In this document: positions 1-16,226 of the stretch, piece after piece
How positions within the stretch are numbered: position 1 is the first letter of the stretch
Layout: the number at the start of each line of letters is the position of its first letter
Assembly: GCA_964016885.1 (NCBI GenBank)
Contig: OZ024761.1
Span: 31,310,001 to 31,374,000, forward strand
Direction: 5' to 3'
From: Eledone cirrhosa
Taxonomy: Eukaryota
Length of the DNA stretch: 64,000 nt
Notes under the pieces: generated by a model
The model's input: the letters and a program-made list of their open reading frames with translations, nothing else
Told to the model about the DNA's origin: nothing
Database searches by the model: none
Translations under genes and position numbers: made by a program

Positions 1-531
<531 letters not shown>

Positions 532-632
532 CCGACAAATATTTGTTTTAAATTCCCCCTTTTCCGCTGCTCTTGGTATTAACAAATAGAAAAAATAAGA
601 TGGACAAAAAATGGTGGATAGAGTGTTAGAAA

Positions 633-1332
633 GGTGGTGGTTAGGGTGGTGGTGGTGGGGTGTTGATGTTGGTGGTGGTGGGGGCTTGATGTTGTTGTTG
701 TTGGTGGTGATGGTGGAGGTGGTGGTGGCAGTGGTGGTGGTGGTGGTAGTGGGGGTGTTGATGTAGGTGGTAGTGAAGGTGGTGGTGGTGGTGGGGGTTG
801 ATGTTGTTGGTGGTGGTGATGAGGTGGTAGTGGTGGTGGTGGTGATGTTGTTGATAGTGTTGTTGGTGGTGGTGGTGATGCTAGTGGTGGTGGGGGGTTG
901 ATGTTGTTTTGTGGGGGTGATGAGGTGGTGGTGGTGGTGGTGGTGGGGGTGGGGTGGTGATGGTGGTGGGGGTTGATGTTGTTGTTGTTGTTGGTGGTGG
1001 TGATGGTGGTGGTGGTGGTGGGTTGATGTTGTTGGTGGTGGTGGTGGTGGCAGTGTGGTGGTGGTGGGGGTGTTGATGGTGGTGGCGGTGGCAGTGGTGG
1101 TGGCAGTGGTGGTGGTGGTGGTGGCAGTGGTGGTGGTGCTTAAGATTTTGGGGGTTAGGATAGGGGTTTGGTACAATGAAGTCAACGATATCTTTAGAAT
1201 GATTGCGCCATCATCATCATCATCATCATGAACAGCACTATGAAAGAAGACGACCAACGTAAACAACAACAAAGACAAATACTATTACTACATCATCATC
1301 AAGAACAACATCTACTACTACTACTACTACTT

Positions 1333-1368
<36 letters not shown>

Positions 1369-1468
1369 ATACTACTTATACTACTACTACTACTACTACT
1401 ACTACTTATACTACTACTACTACTACTTATACTACTACTACTACTACTTATACTACTACTACTACTTA

Positions 1469-1522
<54 letters not shown>

Positions 1523-2021
1523 TACTACTACTACTACTACTGCTACTACTACTACTTCTATATTAACAATAGCAACGACAACAATAACAAAAACAACAAC
1601 TACTAATCCAAATGCATAAACATCATCATCATCAACAACAACAACGACAACACCGACAGCAATAATAACAACAACGACAAGAACAACGGTAACAACAACA
1701 ACAGCCATTTTATCATCATCATCATCAACAACAACTCCCAAGACATTCTGCAATAATAACAATAACAACAATGGCTACTACATCAACAACTGCAATAGCA
1801 ACAACAACAACAACAACGACATCAACAACAGCAGCAACAACAACAACAAGACAACCACCACCTACAGCAACACCACCACCACCACCACCACCAACAACAA
1901 CAGCAATAACAACAGCAATAACAACTCCACCAACAATATTAACAACAACAACAGCAGCAACATCAGCAACACGACATACAACACCACCACCAACAACACC
2001 ACCACCACCACCACCACCACC

Positions 2022-2067
<46 letters not shown>

Positions 2068-2403
2068 CGACGACCACCACCACCACCACCACCAACAACA
2101 ACACCAACAACAGCAACAACAACAACAACAACAACAACAGCAACAACACCACCACCACCAACAACAACAACAACAGCAACAACACCACCACCACCAACAA
2201 CAGCAACAACACCACCACCACCAACAACAGCAACAACAACAGCAACAACAACAACAACAACAACAACAACAACTACAACACCACCAACAACAACAACAAC
2301 AATAACAACAATAACAACAACAACAACAACAACAACAACAACTACAACACCACCAACAACAACAACAACAATAACAACAATAACAACAACAACAACTACA
2401 ACA
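633..2403. repeat. Trinucleotide low-complexity region: (GGT)n, (CTA)n, (ACA)n/(CCA)n
   Basis: Direct inspection; accounts for the poly-T/P/L/V ORFs. Confidence 0.95.
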
Positions 2404-2673
2404 ATGACATTGATAGTTTCCAGATATTCCAAGAGACCAAAGCAATGTGGTCATAATTGTATTACCCCTCTCTCTCTTCCCACCTTTCTCTCTCTGTGTC
2501 TCTCTGTCTCTCCCTTTCTCTCCCTTTCTCTCTCTGTCTCGCCCTTTCTCTCCCTTTCTCTCCCTGTCTCGCCCTTTCTCTCTCTGTCTCTCTCTGTCTC
2601 TCTCTGATTCCATTCTACTTGTTTAAAGCCATTCTGAAAAACATCTTGGTTGGGCCACCATTGCTAGATTCTG

Positions 2674-2793
<120 letters not shown>

Positions 2794-2795
2794 GT

Positions 2796-2850
2796 GTCCA
2801 GAAATAGCCGTCGAAACGGCTTGAGCTCTGCCGTCGGGGTCATACATTTT

Positions 2851-2852
<2 letters not shown>
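2796..2852 (+). mobile_element. PLE-like family A, solo short arm (3' half of hammerhead, no tail)
   Basis: gtccagaaatagccgtcGAAACggcttgagctctgccGTCggggtc...ttttcc flanked by (TA)n; matches the arms at 21350-21403 and 56720-56765. Confidence 0.8.
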
Positions 2853-2901
<49 letters not shown>

Positions 2902-3080
2902 ATGTATGTATATATATATATGTATATATATCATAGTTATATCGTGTTATGTATAGCCTGTATACAAAAAAGCCATGAATAGGCCACCATATACATACAC
3001 ATATACATATATGTGTATGTGTATGTATACATAAACATATAGATGTATGCACACGCACATGCATATATATATATATATAA

Positions 3081-3137
<57 letters not shown>

Positions 3138-3233
3138 CATGGTATCCAAAAAAGTATACACACTTCAACAGCATTCTAATAAATATTGCCTGTACAGGTA
3201 ATCAAAGTGTGTATGCATTTTTTGGAAAACCTT
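3138..3233. mobile_element. ~95 bp Tc1/mariner-type MITE, copy 1 of 3
   Basis: Imperfect TIRs ...ccaaaaaagtatacacactt / aagtgtgtatgcattttttgg..., TA flanks; homologous to 15963-16060 and 39205-39297. Confidence 0.75.
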
Positions 3234-3732
3234 ATATATATATATATACGCACACAAATATATATATATACACACATACACGCACTTACATAAAAATACA
3301 TACGCACACATTCACACACACATACCAACTATGTAGACGTATACATACACACACATACCAACTATATAGACGTATACATATACACACATTCACACACACA
3401 CACCAACTATATAGACGTATACATACACACACATTCACACACATACACACACACACATACCAACTATATAGACGTATACATACACACACATTCACACACA
3501 TTCACGCACCAACTATATAGACGTATACATACACACACATTCACACACATTCACACACACACACTAACCATATAGACGTATACATATACACACACATCCA
3601 GTGCCAATAATCGGTGCCAGTGTCTTTCTATTGATAAAGATCAGAAAAGATTTTGTGAGCAAAAACCAGATTCTTTCTTTGTCTTTACGTCTCTGTGAAT
3701 ACATATATATATATATATATATATTTATATAC

Positions 3733-3775
<43 letters not shown>

Positions 3776-3840
3776 ATATGTATATAAATATATATATATA
3801 TATGTATGTATATTTTTATATATATATATGTATGTATATT

Positions 3841-3873
<33 letters not shown>

Positions 3874-3884
3874 GTATGTATATT

Positions 3885-3950
<66 letters not shown>

Positions 3951-3961
3951 TATGTATATAT

Positions 3962-4029
<68 letters not shown>

Positions 4030-4138
4030 TTATATATATATATATATATGTATATTTATATATATATATATATATGTATGTATATTTATATATATATATA
4101 TGTATGTATATTTATATATATATATATATATGTATGTA

Positions 4139-4172
<34 letters not shown>

Positions 4173-4176
<4 letters not shown>

Positions 4177-4305
4177 TATTCCGGGTTGAATCGGAGGTAA
4201 CCACAGTAAGTAAGGTACTCAATACATTGCAGAGTATAAAAGTTTTAATATAGATGAGATTCTACAGGACTAGAACTGTTTCATTCTTTAGAAATCATCT
4301 GGAAT
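4173..4305 (-). mobile_element. PLE-like family C end: hammerhead with mutated core plus tail
   Basis: Minus strand attc-CAGATGA-tttctaaagaat-GAAA-cagttctagtcctg-TA-gaat, then a tail containing GTATTGAGTAC; homologous to 17215-17335, 17354-17430 and 28620-28680. Confidence 0.75.
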
Positions 4306-4398
4306 GTATGTATGTATATATATATATATGTATATATACACATATATATATATATGTATATATACATATATATGTATATATATATATATAAATATATG

Positions 4399-4430
<32 letters not shown>

Positions 4431-4526
4431 TATATATATGTATATATACATATATATGTATATATATATATATATATAAATATATATATATATAAATATA
4501 TATATATACATATATATATATATGTG

Positions 4527-4583
<57 letters not shown>

Positions 4584-4594
4584 TTATATATATA

Positions 4595-4636
<42 letters not shown>

Positions 4637-4650
4637 CATTTATATATATA

Positions 4651-4732
<82 letters not shown>

Positions 4733-4855
4733 TATATGTATATATATATATACATATATATACATATATATATATATATACATATATTTACATATATATA
4801 TATATATATACATATATATACATATATATACATCATATATATATATATATTTTAT

Positions 4856-4921
<66 letters not shown>

Positions 4922-4925
4922 ATAC

Positions 4926-5048
<123 letters not shown>

Positions 5049-5091
5049 TATACATATATATACATATATACATATATATACATGTATATAC

Positions 5092-5127
<36 letters not shown>

Positions 5128-5156
5128 TATATATATACACACATATATATATATAC

Positions 5157-5211
<55 letters not shown>

Positions 5212-5399
5212 AATATATATATAGATTTACATATATATATACATATATATATATATATATGTGTGTGTGTATGTATGTATGTATGTATGTGTGTGTGTGT
5301 TTGTGTGTGTACGTGTGTGTTTATAATCAAGTCGAATCGGGAGTCATCGATATTTCTGTTGTTGTAGTCGTTGTAATCAATCACTCATGTCTTCACTCC

Positions 5400-5761
5400 C
5401 CCTCTCCCCCTTCCTCCTCCTCCGCCGCCACCACCACCTCTCCCCCCTTAACAAACAACACAATCACCACCAACCCCCTCCACCAGCACCACCACCATCA
5501 TCATCATCAACATCATCATCATCACCACTATCACCATCGTCGACGACGTCGTCGCCACCACCACCACCACCACCACTATCTTTATTATCATCACCATCAT
5601 CATCAACATTTTCATTATTACCCCCCTCCCCCTCACCATTATCACCACTACTACCAACACCACCGCCACCATCATTATCCTGATCATCTCCCTCCCACTA
5701 CTACCGCAAACTTCATCATCATCATCATCATAATCAATTTAAAATATCAATTTTTCAAATA

Positions 5762-5820
<59 letters not shown>

Positions 5821-5844
5821 ACACTACTACTATAGATAATACTA

Positions 5845-5928
<84 letters not shown>

Positions 5929-5952
5929 ACACTACTACTATAGATAATACTA

Positions 5953-5999
<47 letters not shown>

Positions 6000-7178
6000 G
6001 CTACTGCTACCACCACTACCACCAGTACTACTACTACTACCACCAACACTACTACTACAAATACCACTACTACCACCACCACCACCACCACCACCACCAC
6101 CACCACCACTATTATTACTTCTACTACCACCACCACCACGACTACCACCACTACTACTACTACTACCACCATACCACTACCACCACCACCACCATACCAC
6201 TACCACCACCACTACTACTTCTTCTTCAATAGTATAGCTACCTCTAAACTAACTACGCGGTCACCTCTATAATAACCCACCATACTATGAGAGACCAGCA
6301 ACATTACATGAGACGATGGTGGTGGGGGCGTCTTCATGTGGTCTTTTCTCATGCTAGAAATAGCAGCCAAATCTCCCTAAACCAACACTACACAGACATT
6401 ATTGTTGTCGACGGGATGGTCATGGTTGTAATAATTTTGATCAAAGGTCTGCTCCATTAGGATTTACCTGGGGTTGAACAATGCTGCCGGCATTACTACT
6501 GTATACTACCACCAGCACAACCACTAGAAGTTATTATCAAAATACCATCACCACTACATTACTACCACCTATACATCACAGCCACTAAATCACTACCATC
6601 ACAACACTAGCACTACAATACAACCACCACCACCACAACTACATCATCACTGCCATTACCACCACATAATACTCCAACACCACTACACTACTACCACCAC
6701 AATACTACCACCACACCATAGCACCACCACCACCACAACATCACTACCATTACCACCACATAATACTCCAATACTACAACCACAACAACAACCACAACAC
6801 TACCACCACAACACTACCACCACAACAATATTGCCACCACAACATTACTACCACGGCACTACCACCACAACACTACCATCACCACACACACAACCATCAA
6901 ATACTACCACCACAACACTACCGCCATCGCACTACCACCACAACACTACCACCACCGCACTACTGCCACAACGCTACCATCATCACACACACAACTATCA
7001 AATACTACCACCATAGCACTAGCATGACCGTACTACCACCACAACACTACCATCATTACTCACCACACACTACTACAAGTACCACTACTACAAGCAGTAC
7101 TGGTAACACATACTATTACCGCAACAGCCACCACCACACACAACCACCTCTACAACTACCAGCACTACTTCCACCACC

Positions 7179-7225
<47 letters not shown>

Positions 7226-7791
7226 GCCTACCACTTGCTACAATCACCACTACCACTACTACAACATACCACAGCCAAAGCCAAGACTACTTTTACCACC
7301 ACCACCACTACCATCGCTACTACTCCCACAACTACTACAACCATACACCACCACCATACATACTACAACCACGACTACCACCACCACTATACATACTACA
7401 ACCACGACTACCACCACCACTATACATACTACAACCACGACTACCACCACCATCATACATACTACAATCACGACTACCACCACCACCATACATACTACAA
7501 CCACGACTACCACCACCATCATACATACTACAACCACGACTACTACCTATCAGAATTACCACTACTACCACCACCACCACAGCTACCACAATCAACGCCA
7601 CCATCACTACTACTACGACTACTACTACTACAAATACCACCACTACAAACACCACCACCACCACTACCACCACCGCCACTACTACTAATACTACTACTAC
7701 TAACACCACCACTTCCACTACTACTACAGCTACAAACACCGTCACCACCACCACAACCACTACTACTACCACAACCACTACTACTACCACA

Positions 7792-7835
<44 letters not shown>

Positions 7836-7860
7836 CACAACCACTACTACTACTACCACA

Positions 7861-7896
<36 letters not shown>

Positions 7897-7971
7897 GCTA
7901 CTACTACTACTACTACTACTACCACAACCACTAATACTACTACCACAACCACTACCACAACCACTACCACA

Positions 7972-8023
<52 letters not shown>

Positions 8024-8025
8024 AC
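5400..8025. repeat. (CAT)/(CAC)/(CTA) trinucleotide low-complexity region, including a 33-bp tandem repeat (~6 units, 7340-7545)
   Basis: Direct inspection; unit ccaccaccatacatactacaaccacgactacca. Confidence 0.9.
6290..6482 (+). mobile_element. Degenerate interspersed retroposon 3' fragment
   Basis: tgctagaaatagcagccaaatctccc...ggatggtcatgg...tttgatca...acctgggg resembles a common octopus repeat 3' end (recalled, not searched). Confidence 0.45.
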
Positions 8026-8308
8026 AAATGTTATGCCACAATAAATGAAAACAGTTTTTAAGCGAACTATAATGTCATAGGGTCAACATTGTGAGGTTTA
8101 TAAGGAAGATGTGATGGCATTCATGCCTGCTCTGCCACTGACCTCTAACATTACACATGACTGTTAGACATTTCTACTGATCATATGTCAAAACGTGTGT
8201 GTACACGTGTATAGGGGGTGTATATATAAATATATATTATGTGTGTGTATGTGTAGAATTTGACATGTTATTCTTATAAATACATATGAATCTTTCTCCC
8301 CCTCTCTC

Positions 8309-8436
<128 letters not shown>

Positions 8437-8444
8437 GTATATAT

Positions 8445-8526
<82 letters not shown>

Positions 8527-8634
8527 GTATGTATGTATATACAATATACAGACAAAAACATATACATAAGTATGTGTTTGAGTGTGTAAGTGGTTTATAC
8601 ATTCATGTAAGTGCATGTATGAGTCAAGATATGG

Positions 8635-8677
<43 letters not shown>

Positions 8678-8733
8678 TAGATATATATATATATGTATTT
8701 ATATATATATATGTATTTATATATATATATATG

Positions 8734-8770
<37 letters not shown>

Positions 8771-9257
8771 GTATGTACATATACTTACATAAGTACTTAT
8801 CTACATTACATGAATATGTGTATATGTGTGTATGTATGTGTGTATATACATATACATTCATATTTGTAACCCTTCGTTATGTATATACAGGATATACACT
8901 AGTAGAAGTGAGGTACGCCTCTGTATGTGTATATATTTATGTTATTGTATGTGTATATCTATGTGTGTATATATGTGTGCGTTTGTGTGAGTGTGTGTGT
9001 ATGTGTGTAGTGATATACACACAGGTGAGAATTGATATACTATATTATCATACTACACATATACATACATTCAAAAATACATACATATACACATAGGTGA
9101 GTATTTGTTTGTATGTATGTATGTATATATGTATGTATGTATGTATGTATATATATGTATGTGTGTATGTATGAATGTGTATGTGTTTATGTATGTGTAC
9201 GTATTTATATATGTATGTATGCTTGTGTGTATACATGTATGCATAAATGTATGTTTG

Positions 9258-9315
<58 letters not shown>

Positions 9316-9692
9316 TTTTACATAAATTCTACTTCGGCATTCATTTTATTATAAAATCTACTTTGGTATTGAGTTCTCTTTTCTCTCGTCTATCAACTAC
9401 ATTCAGATACATATATACATCTATACATATATACATATATACATATATACATATATAAAGCCTGATCCATTACTATGTTGGTACTGTCATGGCCGCCTGT
9501 CCCGTTTCCTCTTCCTACAGTATTCGGTATCTCAGCCACTTGCCACCCATTTTGTTTGCTTAAAACGTTCGCTCACTTCACAGAATTTCGACAGTTTTAT
9601 AGCGAACGACTCCAATTCTGCTGTCATCTATTTTTTTATTTGCATTTAATCAATTTTATACGACCATATAGAATGAGTATGCCATGACAGAC

Positions 9693-9764
<72 letters not shown>

Positions 9765-9919
9765 AATAATAAATACCCCTTAAAATTAAGCAAGAAAAAT
9801 GCAAAAGAGTGTGTGTGTGTGTATGTGTGTGTGAGAGAGAAACAGAGAGATGGGGGTAAAAAGAAAAGAAAAAGATGGAGGTAGAAGAAGCATAAATATA
9901 AAAATATCCAACTATAATA

Positions 9920-9977
9920 TTCTTACTATTCTACCTGTTCCAGCCGATTGGCCGAGGCCATGCTGGGGCACCGCCAT
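9920..9977 (-). mobile_element. Short retroposon 3' end, with a second copy on + at 32017-32072
   Basis: Reverse complement gccccagcatggcctcggccaatcggctggaacaggtag matches gccccagcatggcctcagccggatggctggaacaggtaaaagagtaaaagagta at 32017. Confidence 0.65.
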
Positions 9978-10084
9978 GAACTACTCTATACGGCATTTTT
10001 ATCTTAACTGTCGAACTGTTGATAAATTTGTTTAATTCTTTGAATGTCGTATAACACGATCGTCTGTGACTCGGGATATTAAAT

Positions 10085-10850
10085 ATAAGGAAGATATTAC
10101 ACCGTATATGTTATATCGTCGTGTATGTTATAATATCATATATAAATATTTATATTATTTATGTTATATCATAATGTAAAGTGATAATATCGTATATCTT
10201 ATAGCATCGTGTTATCATAACATCGTATATTCTATTAAACATCATATATGAAGATATAATATCATTTATGTAAAGTTAAAATACTGTATATGTTATATCA
10301 TTATATATAGAGTTATGATATCATAATATTGTATCATTATATATAAAATTATGATATCATACACGTTGTATCATTATGTATAAAGTTATGATATATATTT
10401 TGTATCAATATATACAAACTCATATGATAGCATACATATTATGTCATTATCTATAACATTATGATGTCATACACGTTGTATTATTATACATAATGTACCA
10501 GTAATGCACTGGGGACGATCTAATCAACTTTCTCCTTCCCCAAAATTGTTGGCTTGTACCTATATCAGAAACATTGTATATAAAGTTATATCATACATGT
10601 ATCATTATATATAAAGTTGTTATGCCGAGGTTGACTTTGCCTTTCATCCTTACGGGGTCGATAAAATAAAGTACCAGTAATGCACTGGGTAATTGCTGGC
10701 CTTGTGCCTAAAATAGAAACAATTATATATAAAGTTATGATATATATGTTGTATATTATAAAGTTATGATATCATATATGTTGTATCATTATATATAAAG
10801 GTATGATATCATATATGTTGTGTCTTTATAAAGTTATGATATCATATAAC
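10085..10850. repeat. Degenerate AT-rich ~37-bp tandem repeat (taaagttatgatatcatatatgttgtatcattatata) interrupted by two SINE fragments
   Basis: Recurrent aaagttatgatatcat; SINE pieces at 10494-10575 and 10623-10725. Confidence 0.8.
10623..10725 (+). mobile_element. tRNA-derived SINE family 1, 5'-truncated
   Basis: gccgaggttgactttgcctttcatccttacggggtcgataaaataaagtaccagtaatgcactggg...agaaacaattat is nearly identical to the 3' part of 36028-36212; a further 3' piece at 15436-15505. Confidence 0.9.
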
Positions 10851-10969
10851 ACCTTACAACCTTATCTATGATGTATGTACCTAAACTGTCACATCATAGC
10901 TATGATGTGATGTTGGTGTCTCACCTGTAACAGAAGTATATCAGCTGTGTCACCATTAACTACATCTGG

Positions 10970-11760
10970 ATGACATCTGTGCTCCAGTTGTCACATCTGC
11001 ATTACTCCAGTTGTCACATCTGCATTAGACCAGTTGTCACATCAGCACTACACCAGTTGTCACATCTGTACTACTCCAGTTGTCACATCTGTACTACACC
11101 AGTTGTCACATCTGTACTACCCCAGTTGTCACACCTGTACTACCCCAGTTGTCACATCTGTATTACCCCTGTTGTCACATCTGTGCTACTCCAATATTCA
11201 CATCTCTACTACTTTAGTTGTCACATCTGTACTACCACTGTTGTCACATCTGTACTACACCAGTTGTCACATCTGTACGACTAATGTTGACATATTTGTA
11301 TTACCTCTGTTATCACATTTGTACTACACCAGTTGTCACATCTGTATTACCTTTGTTGCCACATCTGTACTACTACAGTTACCACATCTGTACTGCTCCA
11401 GTTGTCACATCTGTACTGCTCCAGTTGTCAGATCTGTATTACCTCTGTGTCACATCTGTATTACCTTTGTTGCCACATCTGTACTACTCCAATATTCACA
11501 TCTGCACTACTCCAGTTGTCACATCTGTATTACACCAATTGTTGTACTACCTCTGTTGTTACATCTATATTACCTCTGTTGTCACATCTGTACTACTCCA
11601 GTTGTCACATCTGTACTACACCAGTTGTCACATCTATATTACCTCTGTTGTCACATCTGTACTGCTCCAGTTGTCATATCTATATTACCTCTGTTGTCAC
11701 ATCTGTACTGCTCCAGTTGTCACATCTATATTACCTCTGTTGTCACATCTGTACTGCTAT
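10970..11760. repeat. ~23-bp minisatellite (ccagttgtcacatctgtactaca)
   Basis: Direct inspection. Confidence 0.95.
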
Positions 11761-11889
11761 ATTACTAGAACACCACCAATGACCATAGTACCTTAGTAAC
11801 AACCCAACAGTAGGTCAATGGTACCTGACTTAGTTTGTCACTAGAATACCATAACTGTGATATCTCATAACATACTGTGACATGCTAGT

Positions 11890-12748
11890 AGTCCAACTGT
11901 GACACCGTCACTATAGCATTCAGTGTGACATTAGTAATGTGTCACACCACCACCACCACCACCATAATATACAGTGTCACACCAGTAATGTGTGACACCA
12001 ACACCACCACCATAACATTCAGTGTGACATTAGTAATGTGTGACACCACCACCTCCACTATAACATACAGTGTTACACCAGTAATGTGTGACACCAACAC
12101 CAACACCATAACATACAGTTTACACCAGTAAGGTGTGACACCAACACCACAACATACAGTGTCACACCAGTAATGTCTGACACCAAGACCACCACCACCA
12201 TTCACTGTCACACCAGTAATGTGTGACACCAACACCACCACCATTACATACAGTGTCACACCAGTAATGTGTGACACCAACACCACAACATACAGTGTCA
12301 CACCAGTAATGTGTGACACCAACACCACCACCATTCACTGTCACACCAGTAATGTGTGACACCACCACCTCCACTATAACATACAGTTTACACCAGTAAG
12401 GTGTGACACCAACACCACAACATACAGTGTCACACCAGTAATGTCTGACACCAAGACCACCACCACCATTCACTGTCACACCAGTAATGTGTGACACCAA
12501 CACCACCACCATTACATACAGTGTCACACCAGTAATGTGTGACACCAACACCACAACATACAGTGTCACACCAGTAATGTGTGACACCAACACCACCACC
12601 ATTCACTGTCACACCAGTAATGTGTGACACCAACACCACAACATACAGTGTCACACCAGTAATGTGTGACACCATCACCATAACATACAGTGTCACACCA
12701 GTAATGTGTGACACCATCACCATAACATACAGTGTCACACAGTAATGT
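11890..12748. repeat. ~40-46-bp minisatellite with internal hairpin gtgtcacac-cagtaat-gtgtgacac
   Basis: Direct inspection. Confidence 0.92.
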
Positions 12749-15215
12749 GTGAGACCAGACACTCTAGTGTGACACCAGACAGTCCAGTGTGACACCAGAC
12801 ACTCTAGTGTGAGACCAGACACTCCAGTGTGAGACCAGACACTCCAGTGTGGCACCAGACACTCTAGTGTGAGACCAGACACTCCAGTTTGAGACCAGAC
12901 ACTCTAGTGTGACACCAGACACTCCAGTGTGGCACCAGACACTCTAGTATGAGACCAGACACTCCAGTGTGGCACCAGACACTCCAGTGAGAGACCAGAC
13001 ACTCCAGTGTGGCACCAGACACTCTAGTGTGACACCAGACACTCCAGTATGACACCAGACACTCTAGTGTGAGACCAGACACTCCAGTGTGGAACCAGAC
13101 ACTCTAGTGTGAGACCAGACACTCCAGTGTGGCACCAGACACTCTAGTGTGACACCAGACACTGCAGTATGACATCAGACACTCTAGTGTGAGACCAGAC
13201 ACTCCAGTGTGGCACCAGACACTCTAGCGTGGCACCAGACACTCTAGTGTGGAACCAGACACTCTAGTGTGAGACCAGACACTCCAGTGTGAGACCAGAC
13301 ACTCCAGTGTGGCACCAGACACTCCAGTGTGGCACCAGACACTCTAGTGTGGCACCAGACACTCTAGTGTGAGACCAGACACTCCAGTGTGAGACCAGAC
13401 ACTCCAGTGTGACACCAGACACTCTAGTGTGAGACCAGACACTCCAGTGTGGCACCAGACACTCTAGTGTGGCACCAGACACTCTAGTGTGAGACCAGAC
13501 ACTCTAGTGTGAGACCAGACACTCCAGTGTGGCACCAGACACTCTAGTGTGGAACCAAACACTCTAGTGTGAGACCAGACACTCTAGTGTGGCACCAGAC
13601 ACTCTAGTGTGGCACCAGACACTCTAGTGTGAGACCAGACACTCCAGTGTGACACCAGACACTCCAATCTGACACCAGACACTCCAGTGTGAGACCAGAC
13701 ACTCCAGTGTGAGACCAGACACTCCAGTGTGAGACCAGACACTCCAGTGTGACACCAGCCACTCCAGTGTGAGACCAGACACTCCAGTGTGAGACCAGAC
13801 ACTCCAGTGTGAGACCAGACACTCCAGTGTGAGACCAGACACTCCAATCTGACACCAGACACTCCAGTGTGAGACCAGACACTCCAGTGTGAGACCAGAC
13901 ACTCCAGTGTGAGACCAGACACTCCAGTGTGACACCAGACACTCCAATGTGACACCAGACACTCCAGTGTGAGACCAGACACTCCAGTCTGAGACCAGAC
14001 ACTCCAGTGTGAGACCAGACACTCCAGTGTGACACCAGCCACTCCAGTGTGACACCAGACACTCCAGTGTGGGACCAGACACTCCAGTGTGAGACCAGAC
14101 ACTCCAGTGTGAGACCAGACACTCCAATGTGACACCAGACACTCCAGTGTGAGACCAGACACTCCAGTGTGAGACCAGACACTCCAGTGTGAGACCAGAC
14201 ACTCCAGTGTGACACCAGACACTCCAGTGTGAGACCAGACACTCCAGTGTGAGACCAGACACTCCAGTGTGACACCAGACACTCCAGTGTGACACTAGCC
14301 ACTCCAGTGTGACACCAGCCACCCCAGTGTGACCCCAGACACTCCAGTGTGACCCCAGACACTCTAGTGTGACACCAGACACTCTAGTGTGAGACCAGAC
14401 ACTCCAGTGTGGAACCATACACTCCAGTGTGCCACCAGACACTCTAGTGTGAGACCAGACACTCTAGTGAGACACCAGACACTCTAGTGTGAGACCAGAC
14501 ACTCCAGTGTGGCACCAGACACTCTAGTATGGCACCAGCCACCCCAGTGTGACCCCAGACACTCTAGTGTGAGACCAGACACTCTAGTGAGACACCAGAC
14601 ACTCTAGTGTGAGACCAGACACTCCAGTATGACACCAGACACTCTAGTGAGACACCAGACACTCCAGTGTGAGACCAGACACTCTAGTGAGACACCAGAC
14701 ACTCTAGTGTGAGACCAGACACTCCAGTATGACACCAGATACTCTAGTGAGACACCACACACTCTAGTGTGAGACCAGACACTCTAGTGTGGCACCAGAC
14801 ACTCTAGTATGGCACCAGACACTCCAGTGTGACACCAGACACTCCAGTATGACACCAGACACTCTAGTATGGCACCAGCCACCCCAGTGTGACCCCAGAC
14901 ACTCTAGTGTGAGACCAGACACTCTAGTGTGGCACCAGATACTCTAGTGTGAGACCAGACACTCTAGTGTGAGACCAGACACTCCAGTATGACACCAGAC
15001 ACTCTAGTGAGACACCAGACACTCCAGTGTGAGACCAGACACTCCAGTGTGGAACCAGATACTCTAGTGTGAGACCAGACACTCCAGTATGACACCAGAC
15101 ACTCCAGTATGACACCAGACACTCCAGTGAGACACCAGACACTCCAGTGAGACACCAGACCCTCCAGTGAGACACTAGTCACTCCAGTGTGACACCAGAC
15201 ACTCCTGTGTGACAC
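12745..15215. repeat. 20-bp tandem array (gtgtgagaccagacactcca), ~120 units in strict register
   Basis: Columns align vertically across the 60-nt lines. Confidence 0.98.
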
Positions 15216-15381
15216 ATGGAGAGAAGGAATGACAAAACCGTGTCACTCACAGATATACCGTAACACCCCACAGTTGAGAAAGCAGAACCCTTGATCGTGC
15301 CTCTTTCAGGGTCCCAGTTAAGACAGTCACAGAACCAATGGTCTGTCACTCCACCATCACCACAACCACAGTGTCACTCTG

Positions 15382-15415
<34 letters not shown>

Positions 15416-15500
15416 AGTATATATATATATTATATGGTCGATAAAATAAAGTACCAGTAATGCACTGGGTAATTGGTGGCCTTGTGCCAAAAGTAGAAAC

Positions 15501-15607
<107 letters not shown>

Positions 15608-15611
15608 AAAT

Positions 15612-15843
15612 TTTTATTTAAAATTGATGGGTTACAACGAGTAAATATTTTATAACTGATATAAAAGCACTCAACAGTTTGGAAGTTGCATTATTATAAG
15701 GTATGTCAAAATTATTTATAAAACAGCTTATGTATTGTATTTTGTCTGAGGAAGGCATACCATATTTTTAATATGATATCCCAGAAATATATATAACGAA
15801 ATAAATATGGTTTTATAAATATAGTTTCCATTTGTTTAATATC

Positions 15844-15844
<1 letters not shown>
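15612..15844. mobile_element. PLE-like family B, collapsed hairpin (tail on -, hammerhead arm on +)
   Basis: Left part is the reverse complement of the 49100-49175 tail; right part is homologous to 40960-41094. Confidence 0.75.
15738..15803 (+). ncRNA. Type I hammerhead ribozyme motif (family B, degenerate stem II)
   Basis: tattttgt-CTGAGGA-stem II-GAAA-tatata-T-A-acgaaata; stem I pairs 8/8 including one G-U, with a G-C pair where other copies have A-U. Confidence 0.7.
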
Positions 15845-15902
<58 letters not shown>

Positions 15903-15962
15903 AACACAAGAGTAAAGATATGTATCTTACTAAACACATACACACACACACATATATATATA

Positions 15963-16060
15963 GAGGGTGTCCGCCAAAAATGTATACACACTTCAACACC
16001 ATTCTAACAAATATTGCCTGTACACGTAATCAATGTGTGTAAACATTTTTTGACATCCTA
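15963..16060. mobile_element. ~95 bp Tc1/mariner-type MITE, copy 2
   Basis: gggtgtc...aaaaatgtatacacac / gtgtgtaaacattttttgacatcc TIRs with TA flanks. Confidence 0.75.
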
Positions 16061-16085
16061 TATATTTGTATGCATACATATATAC

Positions 16086-16164
<79 letters not shown>

Positions 16165-16194
16165 CATACATACATTCATACATACATACATACG

Positions 16195-16226
<32 letters not shown>

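Noticed and set aside
12745-15215. Repetitive Cys/His/Trp ORFs (LECLVSHWSVW) suggesting a zinc-finger-like protein
   Set aside because: The 20-bp unit yields the same peptide in all three frames; tandem-repeat artefact.
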